Of a DNA stretch of 43,191 nucleotides, positions 18,864 to 28,509 are shown one piece after another. The notes under the pieces are model-generated. The model was not told the DNA's origin and made no database searches. It saw only the letters and a list, made by a program, of their open reading frames with translations. Positions within the stretch are counted from its first letter, which is position 1. Each line of letters opens with the position of its first letter. This stretch comes from an uncultured archaeon (GTDB lineage: Archaea > Asgardarchaeota > Heimdallarchaeia > Heimdallarchaeales > Kariarchaeaceae), in the NCBI GenBank assembly GCA_964645535.1, contig CAZYCQ010000025.1, positions 1 to 43,191 on the forward strand. Reading direction: 5' to 3'. The translations under genes and the position numbers were made by a program.

Positions 18864-19469
18864 CTATGAATTGTTGAGAAGAATCAGTTTTTCATCTTTC
18901 TTGATGATTTGAATGGAAGCCATCCCAGCATCTTCGATTATTGAGATTTCGAAAATCCTTGAAGGATCCGAATAAGTAACGGCATTAGCTTTTACAACGG
19001 AGAGATAATCAAAAAAACCATTCTTTGCAGCGATTTCTTGGCATTGACGAAGGACTTTCTCATCAGGGTTTATAATGATTATCGGTCGGTCAACATTTTC
19101 TAATGATTCAAGAAAAATGAGAGGGGAGCCCCGAACTGCAATTAATTTTTTTTGGTTCAATGCAAGGGATGCCGCTTCTCTGTTGAGATTTATGAAATCT
19201 TTCTCCAATCCCTCAATTTCCGTGGGGAATTTATTCACCTCACCATATTCAATATCTCCCACTGCGTAGAGGAAGTCATCGGTGGATATTTTATCGAATT
19301 TGAGGAGTTCATCTCTAACCTGCCATTTATGTCCTTTAGGGCATTTGACAAATCCATCAAAAATTTTGGTTTCATTGAAATCTCCTTGGATGGAATACTT
19401 TCTGGAAAAAGGCTCAGTTTCGTCAGCACATTTTGGACAGACCAACAGGTCAAGAATCCTGAGTCGCAT
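18864..19469 (-). CDS. Trm112-like zinc domain fused to a divergent Rossmann/methyltransferase-like segment
   Basis: MRLRILDLLVCPKC...IFDGFVKCPKGHKWQVRDELLKF is Trm112-like; C-terminal IIIINPDEKVLRQCQEIA...LSVVKANA resembles class I MTase post-motif I. Confidence 0.6.
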   Translation of the reverse strand: MRLRILDLLVCPKCADETEPFSRKYSIQGDFNETKIFDGFVKCPKGHKWQVRDELLKFDKISTDDFLYAVGDIEYGEVNKFPTEIEGLEKDFINLNREAASLALNQKKLIAVRGSPLIFLESLENVDRPIIIINPDEKVLRQCQEIAAKNGFFDYLSVVKANAVTYSDPSRIFEISIIEDAGMASIQIIKKDEKLILLNNS

Positions 19470-19516
19470 AATTATGTACTTGATAGACTTGAACTTAAGA
19501 TTTCACATTGGTTGAG

Positions 19517-19996
19517 CTAAAGCTTCTCAAGTTCACGAGCTTCTGTTGATGGTTCCACATAGGTAAGTTCTATTGAGAAGGAATCCATAGGTTCCAATTT
19601 TTGGCTGACGGCAATTGATTCCTCATCAGAAAGTTTTCCGAAAACAGTATGGTTACCATCCAAATGTCTCGTATTGTCTTCATCAAGAACAATGAAAAAT
19701 TGAGAACCACCAGTATCACGTCCAGCATGTGCCATTGAGAGTGCACCAAGAACATGTTTTTGCTTTGGTGCTGTGACTTCACATCGGATCCTGTAACCAG
19801 GACCGCCGGTCCCAGTCTTGTATGGACATCCACCCTGAGCTACGAACCCAGGAATTACCCTATGGAACGCGGCATCATTGTAAAACCCCGATTGAATCAA
19901 GGAAACGAAATTTTTCACAGTGTTGGGGGTAGCATCGTCATACAGTTCGAACCGCATGTCGCCTTTAGGCGTGTGAATGACTCCTGTTGTCGCCAT
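19517..19996 (-). CDS. Cyclophilin-type peptidyl-prolyl cis-trans isomerase
   Basis: [50 protein letters not shown]. Confidence 0.97.
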   Translation of the reverse strand: MATTGVIHTPKGDMRFELYDDATPNTVKNFVSLIQSGFYNDAAFHRVIPGFVAQGGCPYKTGTGGPGYRIRCEVTAPKQKHVLGALSMAHAGRDTGGSQFFIVLDEDNTRHLDGNHTVFGKLSDEESIAVSQKLEPMDSFSIELTYVEPSTEARELEKL

Positions 19997-20092
19997 AAGA
20001 TAAGATAGCAGTCTATCATATCTAAACCTAGCGATAATGATAGAAATCCCCTAATTTGAAGGATTTTTATACCGAATATCTGAGTCAAGATT

Positions 20093-20524
20093 GTGAGTGA
20101 AAGACCAAGTTGGGAACAGTATTTTGGTCAATTGGCCAGACAGGTTTCAACAAGAAGCACCTGCCCTCGGAAACAAGTGGGAGCAGTGATCATCAAGGAT
20201 AAAAACATTCTTTCTACAGGATACAATGGTTCTTTAAAGGGGTCTCCTCACTGTTCCGAAGTGGGATGCATGATCGAAAATGGGCATTGTATCCGGACAG
20301 TTCATGCGGAGGCAAATGCCATTGTGCAAGCGGCAAAGCATGGTGTAAAAATAGAAGGTGCCTCAATTTATGTTACCGCATCGCCTTGCTTCAATTGTTT
20401 CAAATTGATCGCAAATTCAGGGATCAAGGAAATCTATTATCTTGAATTTTACCGCGATGACAGGATTCTCAAATTTGCCGAAGAAGTCGGGATAAAACTC
20501 ATTGATCTGAACGAGGTCGAGTAA
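20093..20524 (+). CDS. dCMP deaminase / ComEB-family zinc deaminase
   Basis: RPSW, RSTC, VGAVI, TGYNG, HAEANA, PCFNC. Confidence 0.93.
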   Translation: MSERPSWEQYFGQLARQVSTRSTCPRKQVGAVIIKDKNILSTGYNGSLKGSPHCSEVGCMIENGHCIRTVHAEANAIVQAAKHGVKIEGASIYVTASPCFNCFKLIANSGIKEIYYLEFYRDDRILKFAEEVGIKLIDLNEVE

Positions 20525-20590
20525 AACCTTGCTGAAATCTCTCTTTGAAGAGAAAAGCCTTTATCTTCGAGAGAGATGTACCAATAGAAG

Positions 20591-22057
20591 ATGAGTTCAG
20601 GTGTACCATCTGCTGAAGACATTTCCAACATTTCGATCATCAGAGAATCCGTGCTGGAATTTCTGACAAAAATGATGAATGAAAAAATGAATGTGGAAAG
20701 CCAAATCAGAGAAAAAACTGAGGAAATAAAGACCGAATTTACCCAAATGGGCAAATCCTCCTATACGTATGGAGACATCTCAGATCTTAGTGCCAAATAT
20801 AGGGATTTCTTCCTCGAATTCTACAAAAACTCAATACATATGAGACTAGTTGCCACTGCATCACATTACATCCGGGAAGGTATCGAATCAGCATTCGTAA
20901 AGGCGGACTTGGTAAAGGAGGAAGTTTTGAGGGAATTTCAAAGGCTTCAAGAGATAATCAGTGAGCAGATGGAAAAAGATGCTAGACTTACGGACTATGA
21001 AAGGCAGTTAATGAATCAAACAGAGACCTATTCAGACCTCCAGTCAGAAAACATCAGGCTCAATAATGAGATAACTGCCTTACGGGCAGAATTGAACCAA
21101 AAGAATGAAGAAATCGAGAATCTCAGCCTCACCCTTAAGCAGATGGAAGACCAAGTGAATGTGCTAGGTTCTCGAATGCTTGAATCCTCAGGAGATATGG
21201 AAGAAATGCAGATGGCACTTGCTGAACGAGATAACATCATTGCTCATCTTCGCAATGAGAATAGGCAAGCATTGGAAAAGCTTCAAGAGATGGAACAACT
21301 TCGGCAGACAATCAAAGAGCTTACGGAACGCGAAAGAGAATTATTGTCTCGCCAAAGTTCCGTTTCAAATGAATTTATAGAGGACCTTCAGAAAAAATAT
21401 GAAAATGCGCAGAATGAACTGTTTGCCTTGAAATCTAAGGAAGTGGAAAGTAGAGAAGAAATCAGAAGGATGAAGTTGGATCTGGAGGGGAAGCAGTTGC
21501 AGATACAGCAACTGGAAGAGGAAAACTCCACCCTTAAGAGTCAAGTGGAAAACCTCAAGACCAAAATTCAGTCACTTGAAAAAGAAAATCTTGAATTGAG
21601 GAAGAAAATTGAAGAGAATCAGAATGTAAGTGAGGAATTGAAAAAGCTCAATTCAAGGGTTGCCCTGGAGTTGGAAAATGCAAAAGAAAAGCTAAAGCAA
21701 TATGAAGGAAAGGTTTCCCTTTCCCAAGAGGAAAAAGAACAGATGGAAGCAGAGCTTAAGGACCTCAGATCTAAAGTTACTGAAAACGAGGCTAGCCTTG
21801 AGTATTTGAAGGGGTTATTGATTTATGACCAGAAATACCGTGCTTTGGCTATAATCGAAAGCCTTGGCACGGAATTGCGTATGAGAGACCTTGCCAAAAG
21901 TCTCAACCTACCGCTGGAAATAGTGCATAGGGTGATCATAGAATTGGCAGACAATGGATTAATTGCAGTGAGAAGAGACGGGAATGTTACGTATATTCGT
22001 CCGATCGAAGAAAAACGGTCACCCTTCTCCCTAGAATATCTGTTGGCAGAAGTATAG
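20591..22057 (+). CDS. Long coiled-coil protein with C-terminal winged-helix domain
   Basis: About 300 aa of E/K/Q/L heptads, then LRMRDLAKSLNLPLEIVHRVIIELADNGLIAVRRDGNVTYIR. Confidence 0.8.
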   Translation: MSSGVPSAEDISNISIIRESVLEFLTKMMNEKMNVESQIREKTEEIKTEFTQMGKSSYTYGDISDLSAKYRDFFLEFYKNSIHMRLVATASHYIREGIESAFVKADLVKEEVLREFQRLQEIISEQMEKDARLTDYERQLMNQTETYSDLQSENIRLNNEITALRAELNQKNEEIENLSLTLKQMEDQVNVLGSRMLESSGDMEEMQMALAERDNIIAHLRNENRQALEKLQEMEQLRQTIKELTERERELLSRQSSVSNEFIEDLQKKYENAQNELFALKSKEVESREEIRRMKLDLEGKQLQIQQLEEENSTLKSQVENLKTKIQSLEKENLELRKKIEENQNVSEELKKLNSRVALELENAKEKLKQYEGKVSLSQEEKEQMEAELKDLRSKVTENEASLEYLKGLLIYDQKYRALAIIESLGTELRMRDLAKSLNLPLEIVHRVIIELADNGLIAVRRDGNVTYIRPIEEKRSPFSLEYLLAEV

Positions 22058-22076
22058 AGGAGGCATTCATATTAGC

Positions 22077-22541
22077 ATGAATGATACTGGGAGGTTGAAC
22101 ATGATCAGAAACCTTCTCAGGAGGAAGGGAACCATATCGATCATAGTCGATGGACCGAATTTGCTAAGAAAAGTTGGGAACCAGCAGATAAAATTGGATG
22201 ATATTGACAAATACGCTTCACAATTGGGTAATCTGGGAGAGAAATATGTTCTCCTTAATCGGCATGCAAGTGAAGCCCTAATTCAAGCAGTCATAAACAG
22301 CGGATATACACCGATTGTCGCGACTGATGATGTTCATACTCAGATGGCAATTCTCGCCATGGAATTGGTTCATCGAAATGCAGGAGATATTATCCTCCTT
22401 GGAAGCAGAGATGCCAAATGTACACCAATTTTAATGAAGCTCAAGGAAAAAGGGATCAAGACTGCAATTTTAGGATTTGATCCGGGATTTTCAGTTTCAT
22501 TGAAAAACGTCGCTGATTTTACCATTGATATTTCAAAATGA
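22077..22541 (+). CDS. NYN-domain (PIN-like) protein, archaeal TIGR00288-like
   Basis: IIVDGPNLLRK, QAVINSGY, DVH...AME, SRDA, GFSVSLKNVADF; GAGGAGG SD. Confidence 0.85.
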   Translation: MNDTGRLNMIRNLLRRKGTISIIVDGPNLLRKVGNQQIKLDDIDKYASQLGNLGEKYVLLNRHASEALIQAVINSGYTPIVATDDVHTQMAILAMELVHRNAGDIILLGSRDAKCTPILMKLKEKGIKTAILGFDPGFSVSLKNVADFTIDISK

Positions 22542-22604
22542 AATCGTTACGTTCAATCACTGCCAAATTGAAACGTTTTTATCGATTTCAACCCGCTACC
22601 CTTT

Positions 22605-24131
22605 GTGATTAAGCTACCTGTGAAGATTCTTGACATCAGGTCTGTTGACCCGACCATCATGATTTCACACAAAACCGCATCAAGATTGAAATTTAAACAT
22701 ACAGCAGTTGTCACAGTTCGACAGGAAATTTCCGGAAAATCTTTTTCAGCAACACCAGTCGTGACGGAAGGGTTAGTGGAAGATAATGTAGTCGGAATTT
22801 CTGCACCTGATGCAGAATGGTTGGGTATAAAAGATGGAGATGAAGTTATAGTTGCAAATAGGAGGCGACCCGCAAGTCTAGATCTCATTAAGCAAAAAAT
22901 GAAAGGAAAGACATTGACAAAAAATGAGGTCTACTCCATTGTCAACGACATCTCCAAGAGGAACTATATTAATCTCGAAATCAGTTCTTTTGTACTTACA
23001 AGTGATTTTCAAGGATTTTCAGAGGATGAGATGACCGCCTTTGCAATCAGTATGGCAGAACAAGGAACACAATTTGATTTTCAGGAAAAAACCTTTGACA
23101 AGCATTCCATTGGAGGCGTGCCTGGCAATAAGGTTTCATTGGTTATTGTACCGATAGTTGCATCTGCTGGATTGCTCATCCCCAAAACCAGCAGTAGAGC
23201 AATAACATCCCCATCTGGAACAGCAGATTCCATGGAGGTTCTTGCAGATGTAGAATTTTCTCCAGATGAAGTCAGCGAAATCGCCCCAAAAGTCAGGGGA
23301 ATGATCATTCATAATGAACCTCTCAAACTAAGCCCAATGGATGGAATCGTAGCGAAGGTCAAGAAATTCCTTGATGTGGATCCCCAAGATCAAATGCTAT
23401 CAGCAATCATATCTACAAAGATCGCCATGGGAATTAAAAATCTAGTATTGGACATCCCGACAGGAAAATATACAAAGATGCAGACACCAGAAGAAGCAAT
23501 GACTTTTGCGCATCGACTTGTTGGATTATGTCATCGTGTGGGGATAAACGTTGAGGCAGCCATGACCATGGGTGACACACCAATCGGCAACAATGTCGGT
23601 CCAGCTCTGGAAGCCAAGGAAGCCTTAGAAATCCTGGAAGGAAAAGTCAAGAATACGGCATATACCAAATCATTGGAATTGGCTGGAACACTTCTGGAGA
23701 TGGGAGGAGTTGCACCTCCTAACAGAGGTTCAGAAGTTGCAAGAGACTTAGTGGAATCCGGAAAGGCATTAAGGAAATTCAAGGAAATCATTGAGGCACA
23801 AGGAGGGAATCCAAACCTATCTTCAGACCAAGTCAGGGTAGGAGAATATTCCCACACAATTTGTGCGGCTCAAGATGGATATGTCAGGTCAATCTCAAAT
23901 CGGGGAACAAAATTGATCTGTGCTGCGGCAGGTGCACCAAGTTCAAAGGAAAGCGGAATGGTCATTCATACAAGGATAGGAGCTTTTGTGAAAGAAGGAG
24001 ACCCATTATTTACCATCTACTCCAATTCTGAATCCAAGCTTTCTTCCGCAATCCAAGTTGCCACAAACTATATGGCAGTCAAAATATCAGGAATGATAAT
24101 CAACAGGGTCAAATCTGAGAAAATGATTTAA
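22605..24131 (+). CDS. AMP phosphorylase (archaeal thymidine phosphorylase family)
   Basis: N-terminal double-psi-barrel-like extension, DKHSIGGVPGNK, PKTSSRAITSPSGTADSMEVLA, GPALEAKEAL. Confidence 0.93.
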   Translation: MIKLPVKILDIRSVDPTIMISHKTASRLKFKHTAVVTVRQEISGKSFSATPVVTEGLVEDNVVGISAPDAEWLGIKDGDEVIVANRRRPASLDLIKQKMKGKTLTKNEVYSIVNDISKRNYINLEISSFVLTSDFQGFSEDEMTAFAISMAEQGTQFDFQEKTFDKHSIGGVPGNKVSLVIVPIVASAGLLIPKTSSRAITSPSGTADSMEVLADVEFSPDEVSEIAPKVRGMIIHNEPLKLSPMDGIVAKVKKFLDVDPQDQMLSAIISTKIAMGIKNLVLDIPTGKYTKMQTPEEAMTFAHRLVGLCHRVGINVEAAMTMGDTPIGNNVGPALEAKEALEILEGKVKNTAYTKSLELAGTLLEMGGVAPPNRGSEVARDLVESGKALRKFKEIIEAQGGNPNLSSDQVRVGEYSHTICAAQDGYVRSISNRGTKLICAAAGAPSSKESGMVIHTRIGAFVKEGDPLFTIYSNSESKLSSAIQVATNYMAVKISGMIINRVKSEKMI

Positions 24132-24445
24132 GTCTGAAGGAAATTATCATTTCCCTGTTCCATAGCTCGTATGATTTGTTCGGTTACTTCCGGAGACAAG
24201 TCATTTGCAAGTTCGGACAGTTCTTCACGGGTTGCAGTGCGGTAATAAACAGAACGCATATCCAATAAATTGGGAACCCTATAGATGACCTTGTTTTCCA
24301 ACAAACGGCGAAGGGCATACTTGATTGCTTTCTGTTCAATTTCTGGACCAAGATAGTCTTGTATCTCTTTTGCTGTTAGACTTCCGTGCTTGGCCAAAAG
24401 TTTGAGAATTTCTAGAGCCGGATACGGAAGAGTATAGATAGACAT
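24128..24445 (-). CDS. Small winged-helix regulator, paralogue of 2657..2947
   Basis: LTAKEI...KAIKYALRRLLENKVIYRVPNLLDMRSVYY. Confidence 0.85.
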   Translation of the reverse strand: MSIYTLPYPALEILKLLAKHGSLTAKEIQDYLGPEIEQKAIKYALRRLLENKVIYRVPNLLDMRSVYYRTATREELSELANDLSPEVTEQIIRAMEQGNDNFLQT

Positions 24446-24697
24446 CAGGGTTCAATAAATTAATTGGCACACATTTTAATAATACTAACGTTTTGGATGA
24501 AAAATAAAGTTTTTTGCTCTATTTTCTTTCATTTCCCCAAGAAAAAGGGTTTCAGACGAAAGTAAAATATGACATTGTTTTACACTACGGTTTCTCGGTA
24601 ATTTTTAGCGAAGGAATGAAATAATAAGGATGAATCAAATAGAGCAGTGTTTCCACTCATCAAAAAGTTTATCATTGTGGAAGCATTTCTTTTATGT

Positions 24698-25756
24698 CTA
24701 TGGAAGAGGGAATCTCAGGATTGCGCCAATGCCTCCCAAAGCAAGGAGCTGTTCTGAAAAAGGATGGTCATTGCTCACAACAATGTTTTTCCCGTTAAAT
24801 CTTGAGTTTTCGATTAGCAATTGTTCAATCTTTTTTCGGATTTGCGGATCCTTTTTCATGAAGATATCTACTACTGCGAGTTGATCCACAGCACCCAACT
24901 CAACTGCTTTGGTAACCTGATCAATCCCATAAACTACATTCTGGCCGTCCTTAGACAATTCTTCGAGGAAAGCATCCATAAATTGAGATTCTTTCTTTAC
25001 CTGCTCTGTCAAATCGAAGTTGGAAAGGACATCAGCATTGATTAATTCTTTAATTCCACCTCGTCCGGAGTTCTTCAATGGAACAGAGACAGTATTTTTG
25101 GTAAGGTCTCGAAATTTCTCTCGCAAGAAATCAAGGAATTCCTCACGGACAAATCCCGGACCACCAATCACAATTTTTCGGATGGTCTTGGATCGGTTCA
25201 AATCCTTTAGTGTTTCAGCAACTTTTGAGAAAAACTGAAGCTTCATTTCACGGTGCTGATCTTGGTGAACCTTTCGAGGAATAGAAGACGAAATTTCGGT
25301 CAATATTTGGGTAGCAAACCGTCCCAATTGGGCAATAACAGCCTCTTCATCATCAATCGATACTAAAATGATGTGACCAAGATAACGGTCAGAGGGGTTG
25401 TTCAGATCTTCCAAATCTTTGTTTTCCCATTTTTCTCGGATGATGGTTATTTTTTGTTTTGGCTTCACCGTAAGTGAATGATATGATGACAATGAGATAT
25501 TAGGATCGGAAGAATGAAAAATCGGACCTCGAAGACGGAGATGATCCCCATATCCCTTGTATTCAATTGCTTCGACTTCGATGCCAAGAGTTACACTCTC
25601 TCTTTTAGTGGTATCTGTAGCTTCATGTTTGATTTTCCTCGTGGTTCTTCCAATGACTTTGTCACCAATCCTAATGGCATTTGACAAGATATAGAGATCG
25701 TCATCGGTTTCAGGAACTATCTGAAGTTCCGGAGGACGAAAAAATCCCATTTTCAT
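24698..25756 (-). CDS. pelA: mRNA surveillance / ribosome rescue protein Pelota
   Basis: PETDDDLYIL, GDKVIGRTTRK, LRLRG, YHSL, GPGF, YGIDQV, LGGIGAILRFP. Confidence 0.93.
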   Translation of the reverse strand: MKMGFFRPPELQIVPETDDDLYILSNAIRIGDKVIGRTTRKIKHEATDTTKRESVTLGIEVEAIEYKGYGDHLRLRGPIFHSSDPNISLSSYHSLTVKPKQKITIIREKWENKDLEDLNNPSDRYLGHIILVSIDDEEAVIAQLGRFATQILTEISSSIPRKVHQDQHREMKLQFFSKVAETLKDLNRSKTIRKIVIGGPGFVREEFLDFLREKFRDLTKNTVSVPLKNSGRGGIKELINADVLSNFDLTEQVKKESQFMDAFLEELSKDGQNVVYGIDQVTKAVELGAVDQLAVVDIFMKKDPQIRKKIEQLLIENSRFNGKNIVVSNDHPFSEQLLALGGIGAILRFPLP

Positions 25757-25767
25757 GCAGCTCAACC

Positions 25768-26607
25768 TTATGGAAAGATTTCAGGAGCTATGGCTAATGC
25801 AAGCGCATTGGGTCCTACATTTGAACCGACACTCGAACCGACCTTACCAATGTACAATGTTTTTGGTGCAATTCTTTCTAGAACAGTTGAATAGAATTCC
25901 TGTCCTTCAAGAAGATTGGTAGAATAGAGTACCGATGCCAACAACTGGGATTCATTTGCATATCGGCGGCTTGCCTCTTCCAATATTTTTTCTTTTGCCT
26001 TATCAAATCCAAGAGCACGCATGGACGGAATAAGCTCACCGTCAACAACTTCCAAAATGGGTTTGATGTTGAGAATATTTGAAAGGACTTCCTGAGATCG
26101 TTTTGCACGACCCCCACGAACAACATATTTCAAGGTATCAAGGAGCACAAAGAGTGCTTGGCGTTGTTTCATTCTTTCAAGCACATCGAGAACGGAATCA
26201 ATGGAATGTCCTTCCTCAAATAGCTTGGCTGCATGCAACACCAATTGACCTAATCCCATGGAAACCGTACCAGAATCAAACACTGTGACATGACCCAATC
26301 CAAATTTGGCGACTGCCAATGATGCAGATTGGTAAAAAGGCGAGAGTTTTTTAGAGGTCAGTATTGCAAGAATCTTGTCATTTGTTCTTCGAAATTCCTG
26401 AAGAAAACGCCTTGGTCCTGCATGAGTGGTTCTAGGAACCAAGGGGCTGCTGACTAGCAAATCATAGAACTCGTGTTTTTCAAGATCAACCCCTTCGACA
26501 TATTTTTCAGGTCCAAACCACACGTTTGCAGGGACAATGTGAATATTGTATCGAGTAGAGAGTTCAGGGGGGAGATCTGATGCGGAATCTGTCACTATCT
26601 GTACCAA
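25768..26607 (-). CDS. DegV family fatty-acid-binding protein
   Basis: IVTDSASDLP, DSGTVSMGLG, TLKYVVRGGR, LNIKPIL, VGPNAL. Confidence 0.92.
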   Translation of the reverse strand: MVQIVTDSASDLPPELSTRYNIHIVPANVWFGPEKYVEGVDLEKHEFYDLLVSSPLVPRTTHAGPRRFLQEFRRTNDKILAILTSKKLSPFYQSASLAVAKFGLGHVTVFDSGTVSMGLGQLVLHAAKLFEEGHSIDSVLDVLERMKQRQALFVLLDTLKYVVRGGRAKRSQEVLSNILNIKPILEVVDGELIPSMRALGFDKAKEKILEEASRRYANESQLLASVLYSTNLLEGQEFYSTVLERIAPKTLYIGKVGSSVGSNVGPNALALAIAPEIFP

Positions 26608-26656
26608 AACGCCTCAAATCACTAAATGCATTCTCTAATAAAAACCTGATGGACAG

Positions 26657-27901
26657 TCATTGTTGAGGGGTAACAACCATATTCCCTGCATCGTACACAT
26701 ATAGAACGGAACGGTTCGATGAGACATAGTCATCAATCATTTCTCGTAGTTCCTGCAAGGAAATTTTGGATGCAAACACTTGATTGGTTTCCTTCTCTGA
26801 AAGAGAAGAGCAAATGTAGAGATTTGTTGCCATGGCAAGGCTTGCAAATTTTGCGGCTTTGTGGTCACCAAATCGGTAAGTCTCTCGTTTCAAACTCGAG
26901 ACAACTTCTGAAGGATGGGAAAATTTCTTTATGGTTTCAAAAAATGCAGTGTTGCCAATGCCTTTGGGGCACTCAGCCAATAACACCATAACTCCTCCTT
27001 TTTTCACGGCCTGCCGGGTGTTTTCCAACCCTTTCTGTGCTTGATACAAACTTCTAGAGATAGGGCCCACCACATGGGCAATAACCATATCAAATTTTTC
27101 TGGAATTTGGTGGGTGAATATGGTTCTGGAAAGTGTTTCTGCATGTCTGAAGGACTCGAGAAGTGAGCCTGAAAAGACCCCGAATATTTTTTCATGGATG
27201 TTGACCAGTTGGATACCAAACAAGTCTAAATCAGGGATCAATGAACCACATTCCCAAAGGTCTTCAAATAGGGGGTTGCCATCAGTTATTGTTGGACCGG
27301 AATCTTTTGACAATGCCCAAGAGTGGTTTTTTTCGATTGTTTTAACTGATGCAAGACCAGGAATTAAGGATTTAATTCCTCCCGTGAATCCAGCAAAATA
27401 ATGGGGTTCAACAGAATTAATGCATATTATTTTTTCAAAATCGAAGAGTCGCGGGTTGACAAGAACTCGTGTCCCCCGGGAGGTGACACCCAAATTTCGA
27501 TACGATTCTTCTTGGAGATGTCCATCATGGATAATCAATTCAATCCCATTGAGATTAATTCCGTTGAGCAAAGACATCAATTCAGCTTTACTTGGAGGAG
27601 TGTGACTTCCAGTAGCGATTGCGATTGCTTTAATTTGATGATCGGGTATTTTGAGAAGAATATCCAAGATTATAGGGGATGGAGTTGCCCTATGAGCATC
27701 ATTGATAATCAGAAGTGAAGGTGCCGATGTTACAACTGGCACCATGTGTTTTAGGCTTTCTTTGATTTCAGACAGGGTCATTGGCAATCGTGTTGCAGAG
27801 GGTAAAACCTTGGCAACCGCAGATGGAAGTTCCTCAAGAGGTTCTGTCACAGATTGAAGAAGGAAGAAATCAAATAATAAGGATTTAGATGGTAAAACCA
27901 A
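26657..27901 (-). CDS. LarA-like (DUF2088) nickel-pincer-dependent hydroxyacid racemase/epimerase
   Basis: NDAHRATP, IATGSH, LGVTSRGT, EPHYFAGFTGGIKSLIPG, LYQAQKG. Start codon uncertain. Confidence 0.88.
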   Translation of the reverse strand: MVLPSKSLLFDFFLLQSVTEPLEELPSAVAKVLPSATRLPMTLSEIKESLKHMVPVVTSAPSLLIINDAHRATPSPIILDILLKIPDHQIKAIAIATGSHTPPSKAELMSLLNGINLNGIELIIHDGHLQEESYRNLGVTSRGTRVLVNPRLFDFEKIICINSVEPHYFAGFTGGIKSLIPGLASVKTIEKNHSWALSKDSGPTITDGNPLFEDLWECGSLIPDLDLFGIQLVNIHEKIFGVFSGSLLESFRHAETLSRTIFTHQIPEKFDMVIAHVVGPISRSLYQAQKGLENTRQAVKKGGVMVLLAECPKGIGNTAFFETIKKFSHPSEVVSSLKRETYRFGDHKAAKFASLAMATNLYICSSLSEKETNQVFASKISLQELREMIDDYVSSNRSVLYVYDAGNMVVTPQQ

Positions 27902-27908
27902 TCAAGAA

Positions 27909-28436
27909 CTATTTACGAGCATGGTAATATGTTTGGTTCTTATGCTGAACTTTGTCAAGAATGCCTTCCTCAACAAATCTGCTCAAAGTTTTCCTCAAAT
28001 TGACATAATTTTTAGTGTTGAGTTCAGAAGCAATTTGATCAATGGTGACCATATCAATGGAGGAATTGGCCTGCACCTTGATTATTGCAAGAGCCACCTC
28101 CAAATCTTCTTCAGAGAGATGGTTTCTGACATCCCAATCCTGAATGCTTGGCATCGAATTTCTTATGGTCTCAATATATGAATCAACTGCTTTTTTGATG
28201 AATTCGTGATGGTTGAAGACCATGAATTTTTTCTTAATGAAAGGTTTGGAAATTAACTCATTAATAAAGTCAAGTTGATCTCTAGAAAGGTTGACATTGG
28301 AATTCATTGCTGCTTCAGTAATACACCAGCGAATACATTCAGTGTTTGTTTTGAAGTTATGGATTTCTTTCAGTTTCAAAAAAGTTTTACGAACTTCCCC
28401 ATCCAGTTCAATCCTAATGCTCAACCTTTCTGTCAT
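27909..28436 (-). CDS. DNA-binding protein with two ribbon-helix-helix-like units and a C-terminal winged helix
   Basis: LSIRIELDGEVRKTF...NTECIRWCI; VNLSRDQLDFI...HHEFIKKAV; VTIDQIASEL...LRKTLSRFVEEGILDK...YY. Confidence 0.65.
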   Translation of the reverse strand: MTERLSIRIELDGEVRKTFLKLKEIHNFKTNTECIRWCITEAAMNSNVNLSRDQLDFINELISKPFIKKKFMVFNHHEFIKKAVDSYIETIRNSMPSIQDWDVRNHLSEEDLEVALAIIKVQANSSIDMVTIDQIASELNTKNYVNLRKTLSRFVEEGILDKVQHKNQTYYHARK

Positions 28437-28509
28437 GAAACAAATGCATGTAAGAATATTGTTTTTTATATTACGTTATTGTTATAAAGACAAATGAAGG
28501 GTTTGGGGT

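Noticed and set aside
20591-22057. SMC/Rad50 call for the coiled-coil protein
   Set aside because: No Walker A/B, signature motif, hinge or zinc hook.
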